DNA from: Mobula hypostoma | Taxonomy: Eukaryota | DNA: 64,000 nt | Assembly: GCF_963921235.1 (NCBI RefSeq) | Contig: NC_086097.1 | Coordinates: forward strand, 139,068,001 to 139,132,000 | Reading direction: 5' to 3' | Notes under the pieces: model-generated | The model's database searches: none | Seen by the model: only the letters and a program-made list of their open reading frames with translations | What the model was told of the DNA's origin: nothing | Part shown: one piece after another, positions 1-13,437 of the stretch | How the letters are laid out: each line of letters begins with the position of its first letter | Numbering within the stretch: position 1 is the first letter of the stretch | Position numbers and translations under genes: made by a program

Positions 1-724
1 CAATATCAGTGCAGCAGAATTGATCGATAAAATCAAGAATAGCCCAGGTATAAAGGGACGAGTTATAGAAAGGATTAGAGAAGGCCAAGCTTCAGAGTAA
101 GGGAGGATATCAAAATATATCAAATGTTAATCAGTATTCTCAGATAATTTCTTCAGAGCTAAGGAAATAGGAACAGAAGATGTCGCAATTGGCGAGGAAG
201 AAATGGTTAATGTTTACCAAATAATGGTAAATGTTTGGCAAAATCTGTGAGGCAGGGTAACACTGGTAGAAACAGAGAAACTGCTTAGGATACAGATGAA
301 TTTTTTTAAACCACTTTGTATGAGCTTATTCTAAACAAACTTACCAACAATATTCCATCCTTCCATCCCTAGTGCTCATTCTGAAGTTGGGACTGCAGAA
401 AGATCTAAAGATCAGCAGCAAATTTTTTCCAGAAAAGCTGAAAATAGCATTAGAACTGGGCCAGGTCTAAAAGTACTGCTTCAGTGTGGGAATTCTGAAT
501 GCAATGGCTTCTGTGACACATTTCATTCTGGTATTTGATATACAACTCATGAATAATAATGTCATAGAGAAAACATATCTGTCATTCAATGCAGACCACT
601 TTTTAAAATGCACGCGGCATTCAATGACTTTGTGAAAGATTTAGTAGTTCATGTGTAATGAAGCTGTTAAGGGCAGCAACAACTCCCAGTTCCACCATTT
701 ATAAAACAGGTAGGTGTCTCTTAC

Positions 725-850
725 CACATGTGTTGCTTTCAGGGTGTTGCTATCAAATCGTGTTAAACTGGAGGTATCCTCGGGGAAGCGGTCACATTCT
801 TCCAGCTCCTGAGCATTGCAGGGTTGCTTGCCTCTTTCAGGATCTGCATT
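725..850 (-). CDS. NUDCD1: NUDCD1 internal coding exon (126 nt, phase 0->0)
   Basis: Hand translation: [42 protein letters not shown], matching human [42 protein letters not shown]. Acceptor gacag, donor gtaaga. Confidence 0.95.
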
Positions 851-1094
851 CTGTCAATCAATTATACACAAGAACATAATATCAAGGCTCCAGAGTCTGC
901 AGATATATACTGCCATGCTCTTAACACCTTACTCTTCTACAGATGGTGCTGACTATTGTTGGGTAATGCCAAGTAGTGAGTTTTAATGGGCAATCAGTCA
1001 CTGATGCATCACCACTCTATCACACTGTCAAAGCACCACATACACAGTTTATAGCAGTTGCATCTTCCTGCATATAGCATGTTGAGCCATTTTA

Positions 1095-1215
1095 CATAGA
1101 TAGACATAGAATAGTACAGCACAGTACAGGTCCTTCGGCCCACAATGTTGCGCCGACCCTCAAACCCTGCCTCCCATATAAGCCCCCACCTTAGATTCTT
1201 CCATATACCTGTCTA
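1095..1215 (-). mobile_element. CR1-type LINE 3' tail fragment
   Basis: catagatagacatagaatagtacagcacagtacaggtccttcggccc is the reverse complement of the CR1 3' stem-loop/short-repeat tail that recurs through the window. Confidence 0.7.
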
Positions 1216-1529
1216 ATGATGGTTGTTTTTTGATTCACTCTAGAGTGGTGAAGGACTGCTTGCAAGTTCTCCCCCATTTAGATTTCAGTCAAAAGCAGGA
1301 TCTCCAGGTCTGTACGACTCAAAACCACCTCATGCAGTGAGCAATATTGAAGACGCAATGGAGTAGGATTCTAGTATGTATCCTTAAAACACCGTAAGCA
1401 TTAAATTTTTTGAAATATAATGACAAAGTTATTCCCACATTTTAACAAAGGCTGAATTAAAATCGGATTACAATGAATGACGCAGGGTGGATAAATCAGG
1501 AAATTGCATTTCCTGTTTATGTAAATAAG

Positions 1530-1990
1530 GACATAAGAAATGGTTGATCTTCAGACTCTGCTCTATTCATTAACCAACTTAACTCCCTTAAAAACCAGAA
1601 AGCTATCGACCTTTGCTTTGAACTTACACAATGACCGAACCTCTTTAGCTTCCTTGGGTAAAGAGTTCCAAAGATTCACCTCATTTTAGTCTAAATGGCC
1701 AATCCCTCATTTTGAGAATAACTCCGAGTTCTAGATCCCGAAGCCCCAGGAAATACTCTCTCTGCATCCGCCCGTTCAAGCTGGTAACAGTTTTGCAAGT
1801 TTCCATTAGATTACTTCTCCTTCATCTAAACTGTAGGCTGTAGACACCACACCCAGTCAATCTGTTCTCAAACAGTAAAACTTTCATCCCAGGTACCAGT
1901 CTGATGAACTTCTTCTCTAGAGAGTCTACGCTTTTTTCTTTAGGCAAGGAGATAAAAGCTATACATATTACTCCAAGGGCAGTCTTACAA
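1530..1990 (-). mobile_element. Degraded CR1 LINE 3' fragment
   Basis: ORF 1822-2016 (EKKFIRLVPGMK...RL...GVYSLQFR) resembles the CR1 ORF2 C-terminus seen at 4298-4600. Confidence 0.6.
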
Positions 1991-2800
1991 GCACCATGGA
2001 GTGGTTGCACTAGCACCCAGAAACAATTTCATGTAAACTGAACAGCCACACAGGTAGAAGAGCCATTGCCACACGGTGCTGGTGGACCAGATTAGATTGT
2101 GACCTTGGGTGCTGTCTGCATGGGGTTTTCCCATTGTTTGGGGGACCAGGAGCATTGCACAGGAGCTTGCATTCCATATCCAAAAATGTTTCAGGTTGGG
2201 AGGTTAACTGGCTACTGATAATTGCCCCCAGTGGGTAGGTGAGTGGTAAAATGTGCGGGACATTAATGTGAAAATGGGGAGAATAAAATAATAGCAATAA
2301 CTTTATTTATAAAGCACTTTTCATAGATGATGTAGTTTTACAATGGGATAAAAGTACAAACAAGAAAATAAAAGACAAAAATATGCTAGTTAAAAGCAAG
2401 GTTTTGAGTTGGCATTTAAAAGTGTCAACTGAGACTGCATTCCTTATAGTTTGAGGTATTGAATTTCAAGGCTTAGGAGCATAGTTTGAAAAAGCTGACC
2501 TGCCAATTATCTCTTGAGGGAGACTTTAAATTTAAGAGTCCTGAGGAAGACCTGAGAGCTTGAGAAGGATTATAAAACAAAAATGATTCTGTGACGTACT
2601 TCAGTCCCAGATCATTAAGTGCTTTAAAAATGAATTTAAAAAAAATTTAAAATCAGTTCTTAAAAAGGTACAGGAAGCCAATGCAGAGTAGCTAGTACAC
2701 TAGTTATGGGAGTGATATGTTCCATCATCCTGGCTTTGGTTTAAAGTCTAGCAACAGCATTCGGAATGAGTTGAAGTTTGTCAATAGATTGCTTTGGAAG

Positions 2801-3135
2801 GGGTTCATAGATGGTGTCTATTTTGACGTGTTTGTTTATGGAGTTATCTGAACAGAGCCATGCTTCTAACAATTCTGTGCCTGCTTTGCGTTTGCCAGAA
2901 CGTTCGCAGTGTCCCAGTTAAACCCCTAAGGGCCAAAAAAACACGAGGTAATAGAATTTAAAGGTCAACTGAAGGGACAGCCAATCAGGACTGAAACAGG
3001 CGAACAGGAGGGGGGGCTATATAAACGCGAGCACTCCCAGAGAGAAACAACAACTACACATTGCGGATGTCACCTCGACTTCTGATGAAACATCTACAAG
3101 CTAACTGCCAAGCTTGGCGAACACCACAACATCAG
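2801..3135. mobile_element. Penelope-like element 3' end with internal inversion
   Basis: The minus strand of 2801-2922 encodes the GIY-YIG C-terminal stretch FNWDTANVLA...LEAWLCSDNSINKHVKIDTIYEP. The plus strand from ~2921 continues with (P)LRAK and a 3' UTR containing a degenerate hammerhead-like motif at ~3060-3093. Confidence 0.7.
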
Positions 3136-4109
3136 GTACGTTGTATCTCTTAGAAAACTGGTTTCCAAGACACAAAAATAAATTTCTCTAAGATATCTGA
3201 ACAAAACCAATTTATGGCACTACCAGTGAGGCCAATGTATTTCTCAAGGTGATTAAGGAGAATGTAGTGGTCAATTGTGTCAAGAGCTGCACAAGATCTG
3301 GAAGAATTAGAATTGAAACTCTGTTGGCATCAGTGCTGAGCCCAGGTCGCTGACAATGTTGCTCAGGGCCATCTCTGTGCCATGGCTTGCCCTACAATCA
3401 GACTGAAATTATTCTGGAATATTGTTCTCATTCAGAAAATTGTTGAGTTAGTTGAAAATTACTTTCTCAAGAATCTTGCCCAGGAAGGGAAGATTGGATA
3501 TAGGCCTGTAGTTAGTTAGTACTTCACTATCAAGGTTTGACTTTTTAAGTAGGAGTTTGACAGCCGCAGTTTTGAAGGCATCTGGAAAAACTCCAGTTTC
3601 AAGGGATATGTTAATAATTTTCCTAACAGAATCGAAAACACTATTAAAAGAGTCCTTAAAAAGTTTAGTAGAGACAGAGTTGAGACAACAAGTAGATGGC
3701 TTGCTCTTTGTTACAATCTTAAAGAGTTCGGAATCAGAAATATTTCTAAATTTCGACATGGTTACCATCTTTTTAAGAGGTTGGTTGTAGAGTTACCAGT
3801 ATCTGTAGCTATACTCTCCCTAATGGAAGTAATTTTATTGATAAATTGCAAAATCCTCACATTTTGTGGCAGATGGTCGACTGGGAACATCATAGGTTGG
3901 GCACGGTTGAACAGTTGGTTTATAGTTGAGAACAATATTCTTGAATGACCACTATTCTCCATAATAATCTTGGAGAAATAGGCTTTTCTTGCAGAGAGGT
4001 GCCTACGTTTTCCTTGAAAATATTATAGTGGACTTCTAGTTCAGTTTTCCTTCATTTTCTCTCAGCTACTCTGCATGATCAGAATTCATGTACAGAATTG
4101 TTTAACCAT

Positions 4110-7097
4110 AGAACCATAGAAACTACAGCACAGAAACAGGCCCTTTCGCCCTTCTTGGCTATGCCGAACCATTTTCTGCCTAGTCCCACTGACCTGCACA
4201 CGGACCATATCCCTCCATACACCTCCCATCCATGTATCTGTCCAATTTATTCTTAAATGTTAAAAAAGAACCCGCATTTACCACCTCGTCTGGCAGCTCA
4301 TTCCATACTCCCACCACTCTCTGTGTGAAGAAGCCCCCCACCAATGTTCCCTTTAAACTTTTCCCCCCTCACCCTTAACCCATGTCCTCTGGTTTTTTTC
4401 TCCCCTTGCCTCAGTGGAAAGCTTGCATTCACTCTAGCTATACCCATCATAATTTTATATACCTCTATCAAATCTCCCCTCATTCTTCTACGCTCCAGGG
4501 AATAAAGTCCTAACCTATTCAACCTTTCTCTGTAACTGAGTTTCTCAAGTCCTGGCAACATCCTTGTAAACCTTCTCTGCACTCTTTCAACCTTATTTAT
4601 ATCCTTCCTGTAATTTGGTGACCAAAACTGAACACAATACTCCAGATTCGGCCTCACCAATGCCTTATACAACCTCATCATAACATTCCAGCTCTTATAC
4701 TCAATACTTTGATTAATAAAGGCCAATGTACCAAAAGCTCTCTTTACGACCCTATCTACCTGTGACGACACTTTCAGGGAATTTTGTATCTGTATTCCCA
4801 GATCCCTCTGTTCCACTGCACTCCTCAGTGCCTTACCATTAACCCTGTATGTTCTACGTTGGTTTGTCCTTCCAACGTGCAATACCTCACACTTGTCAGT
4901 ATTAAACTCCATCTGCCATTTTTCAGCCCATTTTTCCAGCTGGTTCAAGTCCCTCTGCAGGCTCTGAAAACCTTCCTCACTGTCTACTACACCTCCAATC
5001 TTTGTATCATCAGCAAACTTGCTGATCCAATTTACCACATTATCATCCAGATCATTGATATAGATGACAAATAACAATGGACCCAGCACTGATCCCTGTG
5101 GCACACCACTAGTCACAGGCCTCCACTCAGAGAAGCAATTCTCTACCACCACTCTCTGGCTTCTTCCATCGAGCCAATGTCTAATCCAATTTACCACCTC
5201 TCCATGTATACATAGCGACTGAATTTTCCTAACTAACCTCCCATGCGGGACCTTGTCAAAGGCCTTACTGAAGTCCATGTAGACAATATCCACTGCCTTC
5301 CCTTCATCCACTTTCCTGGTAACCTCCTCGAAAAACTCCAACAGATTGGTCAAACATGACCTACCACGCACAAAGCCATGTTGACTCTCCCTAATAAGCC
5401 CCCGTCTATCCAAATGCTTGTAGATTCTGTCTCTTAGTACTCCCTCCAATAACTTACCTACTACTGACGTTAAACTCACCGGCCTATAATTTCCCGGATT
5501 ACTTTTCGATCCTTTTTTAAACAACGGAACAACATGAGCCACTTTCCAATCCTCTGGCACTTCACCCGTAGACAGCGACATTTTAAATATTTCTGCCAGG
5601 GCCCCCGCAATTTCAACACTAGTCTCCTTCAAGGTCCCAGGGAACACTCTGTCAGGTCCTGGGGATTTATCCACTTTAATTTTCCTCAAGACAGCAAGCA
5701 CCTCCTCCTTTCCAATCTGTACAGTTTCCATGGTCTCACTACTTGATTCCCTCAATTCCATAGATTTCACGCCAGCTTCCTTAGTAAATACAGACGCAAA
5801 AAACCTGTTTAAGATCTCCCCCACTTCCTTTGGTTCCGCACAAAGCCGACCACTCTGATCTTCAAGAGGACCAATTTTATCCCTTACAATCCTTTTGCTC
5901 TTAATATACTTGTAAAAACTCTTTGGATTATCCGTCACTTTGACTGCCAAGGCAACCTCATGTCTTCTTTTTGCCCTCCTGATTTCTTTCTTAAGTATTT
6001 TCTTGCACTTCTTATACTCCTCAAGCACCTGATTTACCCCCTGTTTCCTATACATTTCATACAACTCCCTCTTCTTCTTTATCAGAGTTGCAATATCCCT
6101 TGAGAACCAAGGTTCCTTATTCCTATTCAATTTGCCTTTAATCCTGACAGGAACATACAAACTCTGCACTCTCAAAATTTCCCCTTTGAAGGCTTCCCAC
6201 CTACCAATCACATCTTTGCCAGAGAACAACCTGTCCCAATCCACGCTTTTTAGATCCTTTCTCATTTCTTCAAATTTGGCCTTCTTCCAGTTCAGAACCT
6301 CAACCCTAGGACCAGATCTATCCTTATCCATGATCAAATTGAAACTAATGGTGTTATGATCACTGGAACCAAAGTGCTCCCCTACACAGACTTCTGTCAC
6401 TTGCCCTAATTCGTTTCCTAACAGGAGATCCAATATTGCATCCCCTCTAGTTGGTCCCTCTATACATTGATTTAGAAAACTTTCCTGAACACATTTTACA
6501 AACTCTAAACCATCTAGACCCCTAACAGTATGGGAGTCCCAATCAATGTATGGAAAATTAAAATCCCCTACCACCACAACTTTATGTTTCCTGCAGTTGC
6601 CTGCTATCTCTCTGCAGATTTGCTCTTCCAAAACTCGTTGACTGTTGGGTGGTCTGTGATACAATCCCACTAATGTGGCCATACCTTTCCTGTTTCTCAG
6701 CTCCACCCATAAGGGCTCAGTAGACAAGCCCTCTAATCTGTCCTGCCTGAGCACTGCTGTAATATTTTCCCTAACAAGCAATGCCCACCTTTCATTCCTC
6801 TGCCTCGATCACATCTGAAACATCGGAACCCTGGAATATTAAGCTGCCAGTCCTGCCCCTCCTGTAGCCAAGTTTCACTAATTGCTACAACATCATAATT
6901 CCACGTGTCAATCCACGCCCTCAACTCATCCGCCTTCCCCGCAATACTCCTAGCATTGAAATATATACACCTCAGAAGATTTTTACCACCACTCACAACC
7001 TTTCTATCAGCGGATTTGCTTAAACTTTCAACATCATTTATTTTCACCCCAGCCACACTGTCAGCTCTGGCACTCTGGTTCCCATCCCCCTGCAAAT
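4110..7097 (-). mobile_element. Young, nearly complete CR1-type LINE ORF2 (APE endonuclease plus reverse transcriptase), 5'-truncated
   Basis: ORFs 6733-7095 (YFNARS...VVAISETWL) and 4298-6781 (VGDFN, SDH, NYRPVSLTS, DFSKAFD, GVPQGSVLGP, KFADD). One frameshift near 6785, a (CTATGGTT)n 3' tail, and CAT flanking both ends. Confidence 0.95.
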
Positions 7098-7581
7098 CAT
7101 GGTGATGTTTTGTGAAGCAATTTCTTTTTAACCCTAAGTGGAGCCACTGTGTTTAATATCCTTGCCAAATTATTGTTGAAAGAATCACCCATTTTATTTA
7201 CTGAGTTTAAGTCACATGGGTTAGATAAACTAGCCAGCTCAGAGAATTTAAGCTGCATTGCAGCATTAAGAAACTACTTTTATAACTGTAATTTGTTTCG
7301 TGGTCTTGGTTCCAGGCAGGAGGGCATCAAAAAGTACACAAAAATGATCAGAGAAAGCGGTATCAGACAGAAAGACAATAATAATATTTAACCCTTTTGT
7401 CATTACTAAATCAAGTGCATTTCCAAGTCAATTGATGGGCTCAGAGGCATGCTAGGTAAGATCTAGCCTGCTTAGTAAGCTCATGAATTCAGCTGCCATA
7501 GAGGTCATATTTGAGAAATAATTAATTTGAATACTAAAATCACTAGAGATGAGAATCCTGTCATTGTTCAATGTAATAGAG

Positions 7582-8143
7582 TTTACATAATATAATTTAT
7601 GTGTGTTTTTCGTCTTGGATGTGATTTTGGAACTATTGGAGTCTGTGATTTTCTGTTTGGAGATCGTTTGGGTGTTCCAGCACTCTGCAGTCTCTGAGAG
7701 GATTCTAGAAGGCAGAGGCAGCATACGAGAATCTCGTGGCAGGCAAATCATGGGACGGGCACAAGCCGACGTTTGACTTCATTTCGCCGATTATAGCTTT
7801 CAATGTGCGCCAATTAAAGCGATGAGGGAGACTGTAACATCGAGGCAATGCCGGTTGCCTGTCTTTTGCTCTGCTACCGGAGAGGGAAACCCTGCCTCTG
7901 CGCCCGGAGAATGTTAGCCCGGTATTTGACAAGGACATGGACTACAGACTTTTAAAAAATCTTACGGGTTTTTTTTATATTCTGTGTTTTTCAGCCAATC
8001 TTTCTCGTTTTTTTTTAAACTGCAGGGAGGGGCCATTTGGAGATTGATGATCATGCTGCCTTTCTTTTCTTTTTTCTGTCTTGTGGCTACCTGGGGAAGA
8101 AGAATGGCAGAGTTGAATACTTTGATAATAAATGAACCTTTGA
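7582..8143 (+). mobile_element. Unclassified ~560-bp non-coding retro-insertion in the L2
   Basis: Splits the L2 APE reading (ELLSS|ITLNNDRILI) with AGAG on both sides. Its tail (gagttg...ttgataataaa...gaacctt) recurs at ~43030-43080. Confidence 0.5.
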
Positions 8144-8764
8144 AGAGAGGATAAGAGCTCTGAGGATTCCAAGTGAAAACAGGCACTGGCAATAAATGAT
8201 AACACAGAGGACAGGATCTGTACCTCAAATTCTAAGCGTATTTATCTGAAAACTTGAAAATAATTTTGACAGACAGTAGATTGCACCTAAAATGCCTTTT
8301 GAACGTGATGGCAAGCCCACCACCTCGCCCACTAGGCCCTGGTACAAACTGTCACAGTCAGAGGGACACAGTTCAGATAACTGGCTGTGTTTGTTTGGTT
8401 TTAACCAGGTCTCAGTTAAGAACATAAAATCAAGGTCTGTAGAGGTAATAAAATTGGTTAAGAAAGAAGTCTTATTTGAAAGGGATCTCACACTTAAACA
8501 AGCCAGCTTAAACAGCGTAGCTTGGAGTGGTGCAACAGGGGAGGGAGATTTTCAGAGTAGAAGGACATTTCTGTTAACATCTGTCCAGTGAATAGGATGT
8601 ATAACATTTGCAGAACTGCTGGACTGTACGGAGGAAGAGTAGTTAAGAAAGCATCACACATACCATTGATTGTAAATAGTCATACACATGGGTTTGCAGG
8701 GTGCAGACAATTGAGAAAGCTCAATTTGATTGTATCAGAAAGGATCTGGCAAGTGTGCACTTGG

Positions 8765-10092
8765 ACAGGTTGTTTTCTGGCAAAGGTGTACTTGGTAAGT
8801 GGGAGGCCTTCAAAAGTGAAATTTTGAGAGTACAAAGCTTGTATGTGCCCGTCAGAATAAAAGACTAGGAGAACAGGTTGAGGGAACCTTGGTTTTTGGG
8901 AGATATTAAGGCCCTGGTTAAGAAAAAAAAAAGGAGATGCATAGTTGATATAGGTAGGTAGGAACAAATAAGGTACATGAGGAGCATAAGAAATGCAAGA
9001 GAACAGCTAAAGGAATCAGGAGGGCTAAATGAAGGCATGAGATTGCCCTAGCAGACAAGCTGAAGGAGAATCCTAAGGGATTCTACAATTATGTTAGGAG
9101 CAAAAGGATTGCAAGGGACAAAATTGGTCCTCTAGAAGATCAGAATGGTAATCTATGTGTGGAGCCAAGAGATGGGGGAGACCTTAAGTGAATTTTTAAG
9201 TGAATCTGTATTTACTCAGGAAGCAGACACAGAGTCTATAAAAGTAAGGCAAAGTGGCATCGACTTCATGGACCCCATACAGATTACAGAGGAGGATGTG
9301 TTTGCTGTCTTGAGTTAAATCGGGGTGGACAAATCCCCAAGGTCTGACAAGATGTTCCCTCGGACTCTGTGGGAGGCAAATCCAGAAATGCGGGGGCCAG
9401 AGCATTGATATTTAAATCATCCTTAGTGGCAGGTGAGGTATCCGAGGTTTGGAGGATAGCTAATGTTGTTCCACTGTTTAAAAAAGGCTCTAAGAATAAA
9501 CTATGAAATTACAGGCTGGTGAGCCCGACACCAGTAGTGGGAAAGTTATTGGAAGGTATTTGAAGGGACCAGATATGAGTATTTAGATAGGGATTGATTA
9601 GGGATCATCAGCAGAGCTTTGTGCATGATATGTCATGCCTAACCAATCTTCCAGAGTCTTTTGAAGATATTACCTAGAAGCAAGGCAGTGGACTTGTCTA
9701 CATGGACTTCAGCAAAGCATTTAAGAAGGTTCAGTCGACTGACACTCAAGATGTGGTAGTAAAATGGATGAGGCATTGGTTTTGAGGGAGAAGCCAGAGA
9801 GTGGTAGCAGATGGTTGCCTCTCTGACTAGAGGCTTGTGACTAGTGAAGTGCCACAGGGATCGGTGCCGGGTCTGTTGCTGCTTGTCATCTACAACAACA
9901 ATTTGGTTCACTCAGAGGGTGGTGAGAGTGTGGGATGCAATTTTGATTGCAAGGTTTAAGAGGAGTTTGGATGGGGGGGGGGATGAAGGGCTGCGGTCTG
10001 GGTGCAGGTCGATGGAACTGGGCAGTTTAAATGATTTGGCATGAGCTAGATGGGCCAAAAGGCCCATTTCTACCTGCAGTTCTCTATGACTC
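8765..10092 (+). mobile_element. Degraded CR1 LINE (RT region plus 3' tail)
   Basis: Reverse-complement similarity to the 4110-7097 element (DKIGPLEDQ, DKSP-G-D, MDFSKAF), ending in gggccaaaaggcccatttct...ctatgactct. Confidence 0.85.
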
Positions 10093-10870
10093 TGCACCCT
10101 CCTCAGAAAGTAAAGGCATTGGTGAGCTTTCTTGACTGTGTATGTGTTCTGGGACCATGAGAGGTTGAGTGTGATGTGCAGTTCCAGAAGTTTAAAACTG
10201 CTTGCAGTTTCCACTGCTGTGTCACCAAGGTAAAGAGGGGTGTGAGTGATGCACATTCTCCTGAATTCAATAATCATCTCCTTTGTCCTGTCGACACTGA
10301 GAAAGAGGCACCAGGCCTCGAGCTCTTCCACCTTCTCTCTGTAGGTTGTCTCATCATTATTGGTGATGAGCCCCACCATCACCATGTCAACGGCAAACTT
10401 GACTATGTGATTGCTCGGGTGTTTGGTCATGCAAATACGTGTGAGCAGAGTGTACAGCAGTGGGCTCAGCACACATCCCTGAGGGGGCACCCGTGTTGAG
10501 GATGATGGAGAGGAAGGAGCGGTTATGCATCCTGAGGCCTGTTCGTTAGGAAGTCCAACACCCAGTTGCACAGTGGTGTATTGAGACTGAGGAGTAGGAG
10601 TTTGATCACCAAGGTCTGTGGGACAACAGTGTTGAATGCCAAACTGAAATCCAGAAACAGCATTTTGACATAAGCATCCTTATTTTCTCAGGGTGTTTGG
10701 ACCAGGTGCAAGACGGATGCTACAGCATCTGTCAGAGAATGGTTCTCTCGGTAAGCACATTGGCGAGTGTCCAGTGTGGCAGCAGTGAAGCTTTTGATAT
10801 GTGCCATTACCAGGAACAGTTCAAAGCACTTCATGCTGATTGACATCAGTACCACTGGGCACTGTCAATA
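10093..10870 (-). mobile_element. Rex1/Babar-type LINE RT fragment
   Basis: PQGCVLSPLLYTL...HIVKFA.D...TKEMIIEFRR...KKAHQCLYFLRR (ORF 9912-10571). Confidence 0.8.
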
Positions 10871-11984
10871 TAGTAATTGTTGCAGACATCATTGCCCTTG
10901 TACCAAAATTCTCAATTAAAAATCCCGTGGTGAACAATCACTATCCCAACTGCAAATTTATCCTTAGCCCATTTAAATGCTATTCTTGCTTTGTTTTGTT
11001 GCTACCTGCTACCCATTCTACCTCATCTTTATTGTATTTTTAGGGAGAATCTGTGCATTAGAGGCAATGCCAGCATTTACTGTCTACCCTGAATTACCCT
11101 TCAACTGATTAGCTTGCTAGTTACCACAGAGTAAATCACACTGGTGGATCGGGTAATTTAAAGATATTGTGCCAACGCTGTACTGAGAATGTAACTTTAA
11201 GGAGTTTATTTTACCTTATTTAATATCTGGCTATATCACATCTACTGCATTATTTATTCTTACTTGTCAGTGCATCTTCAATAAATTCACCAAGGTTTAT
11301 CAACCCCAACTTTTCCTTTTTAAATCTAGGCTGATTATATATTGTACCTTCAGTTTCTGGATACTACCATAGGAATCAATCTTATATACAAATTTTACCA
11401 AGGTATTAAAGGCTAAAGCAGGATATATTAATACAGTAGCTTACTTTTTAAAACACTGTTTAACAAACAGTTGCTCAGTTTATGAGGCTTGTGATAAAAG
11501 AGGTCACAAACCTGGTTTTGGGTGGGATACAGCAGTGAGGCTGTAAGATTTGTTGAATCTGTGCTCTAACTGCAATGTTTGTAGAAAACAAAAGCTCAGT
11601 CTTTTACACCTCAATCCCGTCTTCAGACATTAAGAGACTCACCTTGCAATTACTCTTAAAAATGACTGTGAACTCATTCATAGAAACAGTCATTTTACAG
11701 AAGACACAGACCTTGATGCATTGATAGAATTAGAACAAATAATAATCCACACTTGTAAAGCCACAGTGCAGAAACTGATGCTTGTTAACAGGACACAGCT
11801 CACTTCCTCATGAGAAAAATTGTTATGCCAACAATCAGTGATTAAATTAGATCATGTTGATAAAGAAATTTTACACCTACTACTATGTCTTCAGTATAAC
11901 TATCAAATATAAAAATATAAGCCAAATGTTCCAATTTCTGTTCTTCTTATGAAACACCCTTAAACATTGTTTACACACGAAATT

Positions 11985-12750
11985 GTGCAGATGCTGGAGA
12001 TCAAAACCACACACGGAAAATGCTGGAGGAACTCAGCAGCTCAGACAGAATCTATAGAAATGAACAGTCAGCATTTTGGGCTGAGACCCTTCTTCAGGGG
12101 AAGAAAAGAAGGGGGAAGACACAAGAATAAAAAGTTGTGGGGGGGGGGAGGAGGATAACTAGAAGATAACAGGTGAAGCCAGGAGGGTATGAAAGATGAA
12201 AGGACTGCACAGGAAGGAATCAGAGAGGAGAGTGGACCATAGGAGTAAGGAAGAAGGAGAGGCACCGGGGGAGGTGATGGGCAAGTGAAAAGGGGTAAGA
12301 GGGCAGAGTGGGGAATAGAACATGGAAAGGGAGAGGGAAAAAGAGTTTACCAGAAGGAGAAATCTGTGTTTATGCCATCAGGTTGGAGGCTACCCAGATG
12401 AAATATAAGGTGCTGCTCCTCCACCCTGAGAATGGCCACATTGAGGCACAAGTGCAGGCCATGGAATGACATGTTGGAATGGGAATGGGAATAGAAATAG
12501 GAATTAAAATGGTTGGCCACTGGGAAATTCTGCTTTTGGTGGATAGAGCAGAGGTGCTCGACAAAGTGGCCCCCCAATTTATGACCAGTCTCATCAAAAT
12601 AGAGCAGCCCGCATTAGGAGTACCGGATACAATAGACGACCCCAATAGATTCACAGGTGAAGTGTTGCCTCACCTGAAAGGACTGTCTGGACCGTGGATG
12701 GAAGTGAGGGAGAAGGTGAATGGGCAGGTGCAGCACTTTGGCCGCTTTTA
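11985..12750 (-). mobile_element. Penelope-like element 3' fragment (GIY-YIG C-terminus plus tail)
   Basis: EHL...PVANHFNS...EEQHLIFHLGSLQPDGINTDFS, with a tail containing a degenerate hammerhead at ~12065-12100. Confidence 0.85.
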
Positions 12751-13292
12751 AACATTGTCCATTTTCTAATCTTCTTTCTTCCACTGTAAGCACCTGTGGC
12801 TCTGTGAAGGACTGTTTGTAGCTAAATTACAAGCTTAAAACTATTTTTGCAAAGCCACAACCCATTCTGCTACCATTTGCCCTTTGCTTTATCAGCAAGA
12901 ATAACTTTTATGTACAACTTCCTGTCCTGTACTAAGAATACAAAGCTTTTTTTAATATATTAAGCTGCTATAGTGTGTTCTACTGCATGCTTCAAGATCC
13001 ACATCATCCCAATAAATTCATGCAAGATTATAATTAGATTCTGATAGTCCCACTTGCGATCTACGTAGTAAATGTATTCTTCATTAGTAAAAGCATGAAT
13101 CAACCTAAAACTTGGAATAATAATGCATAAATGGTAAGAATGCAAATTAGTCCAAGGGTTTTACTTAGAAAGGACCATTCTAAACTTGAAAATCACGAAC
13201 AATGGTGTGCTTAAAGAAACAGGGTTACACCACCTTACCAGATAGACATACATGTTGGAGATTACAACAAAGTTTTGAAGTGATTTATTTAC

Positions 13293-13437
13293 CAGTTCTT
13301 CAGAGGTTAGGTTTAATAAACGTTCATTCAGTTCAGATGTTTGACTAGGATTCACGATGCATTCACCTCCTCTGTCACCAATGACTACTTCTGGCCACAT
13401 CACTCCTTTATTCTTCTTTATCATGAGAATTTCTAAC
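13293..13437 (-). CDS. NUDCD1: NUDCD1 internal coding exon (145 nt, phase 2->0)
   Basis: LEILMIKKNKGVMWPEVVIGDRGGECIVNPSQTSELNERLLNLTSEEL, matching human LEISLIKKNEGLTWPELVIGDKQGE...ERLMHLTSEEL. Acceptor ctgtag, donor gtaaat. Confidence 0.93.

Larger units (their letters stand above)
2295..8750 (-). mobile_element. Old L2-clade LINE, interrupted by nested insertions at ~2801-3135, 4110-7097 and ~7582-8143
   Basis: RT-region fragment FPDAFKTAAVKLLLKKSNLDSEVLTNYRPISNLPFLGKILEKV (3448-3768) and APE fragment RSLSNKTSFL...DFMFLTETWL (8225-8491). The reading PWLNNS is restored across the CR1 insertion. Confidence 0.8.

Noticed and set aside
658..879. 73-aa plus-strand ORF
   Set aside because: It is the antisense shadow of the NUDCD1 exon at 725-850.
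7696..8152. 8-bp GAGAGGAT pair as a TSD
   Set aside because: L2 collinearity places the left junction at ~7581, so the match appears to be coincidental.
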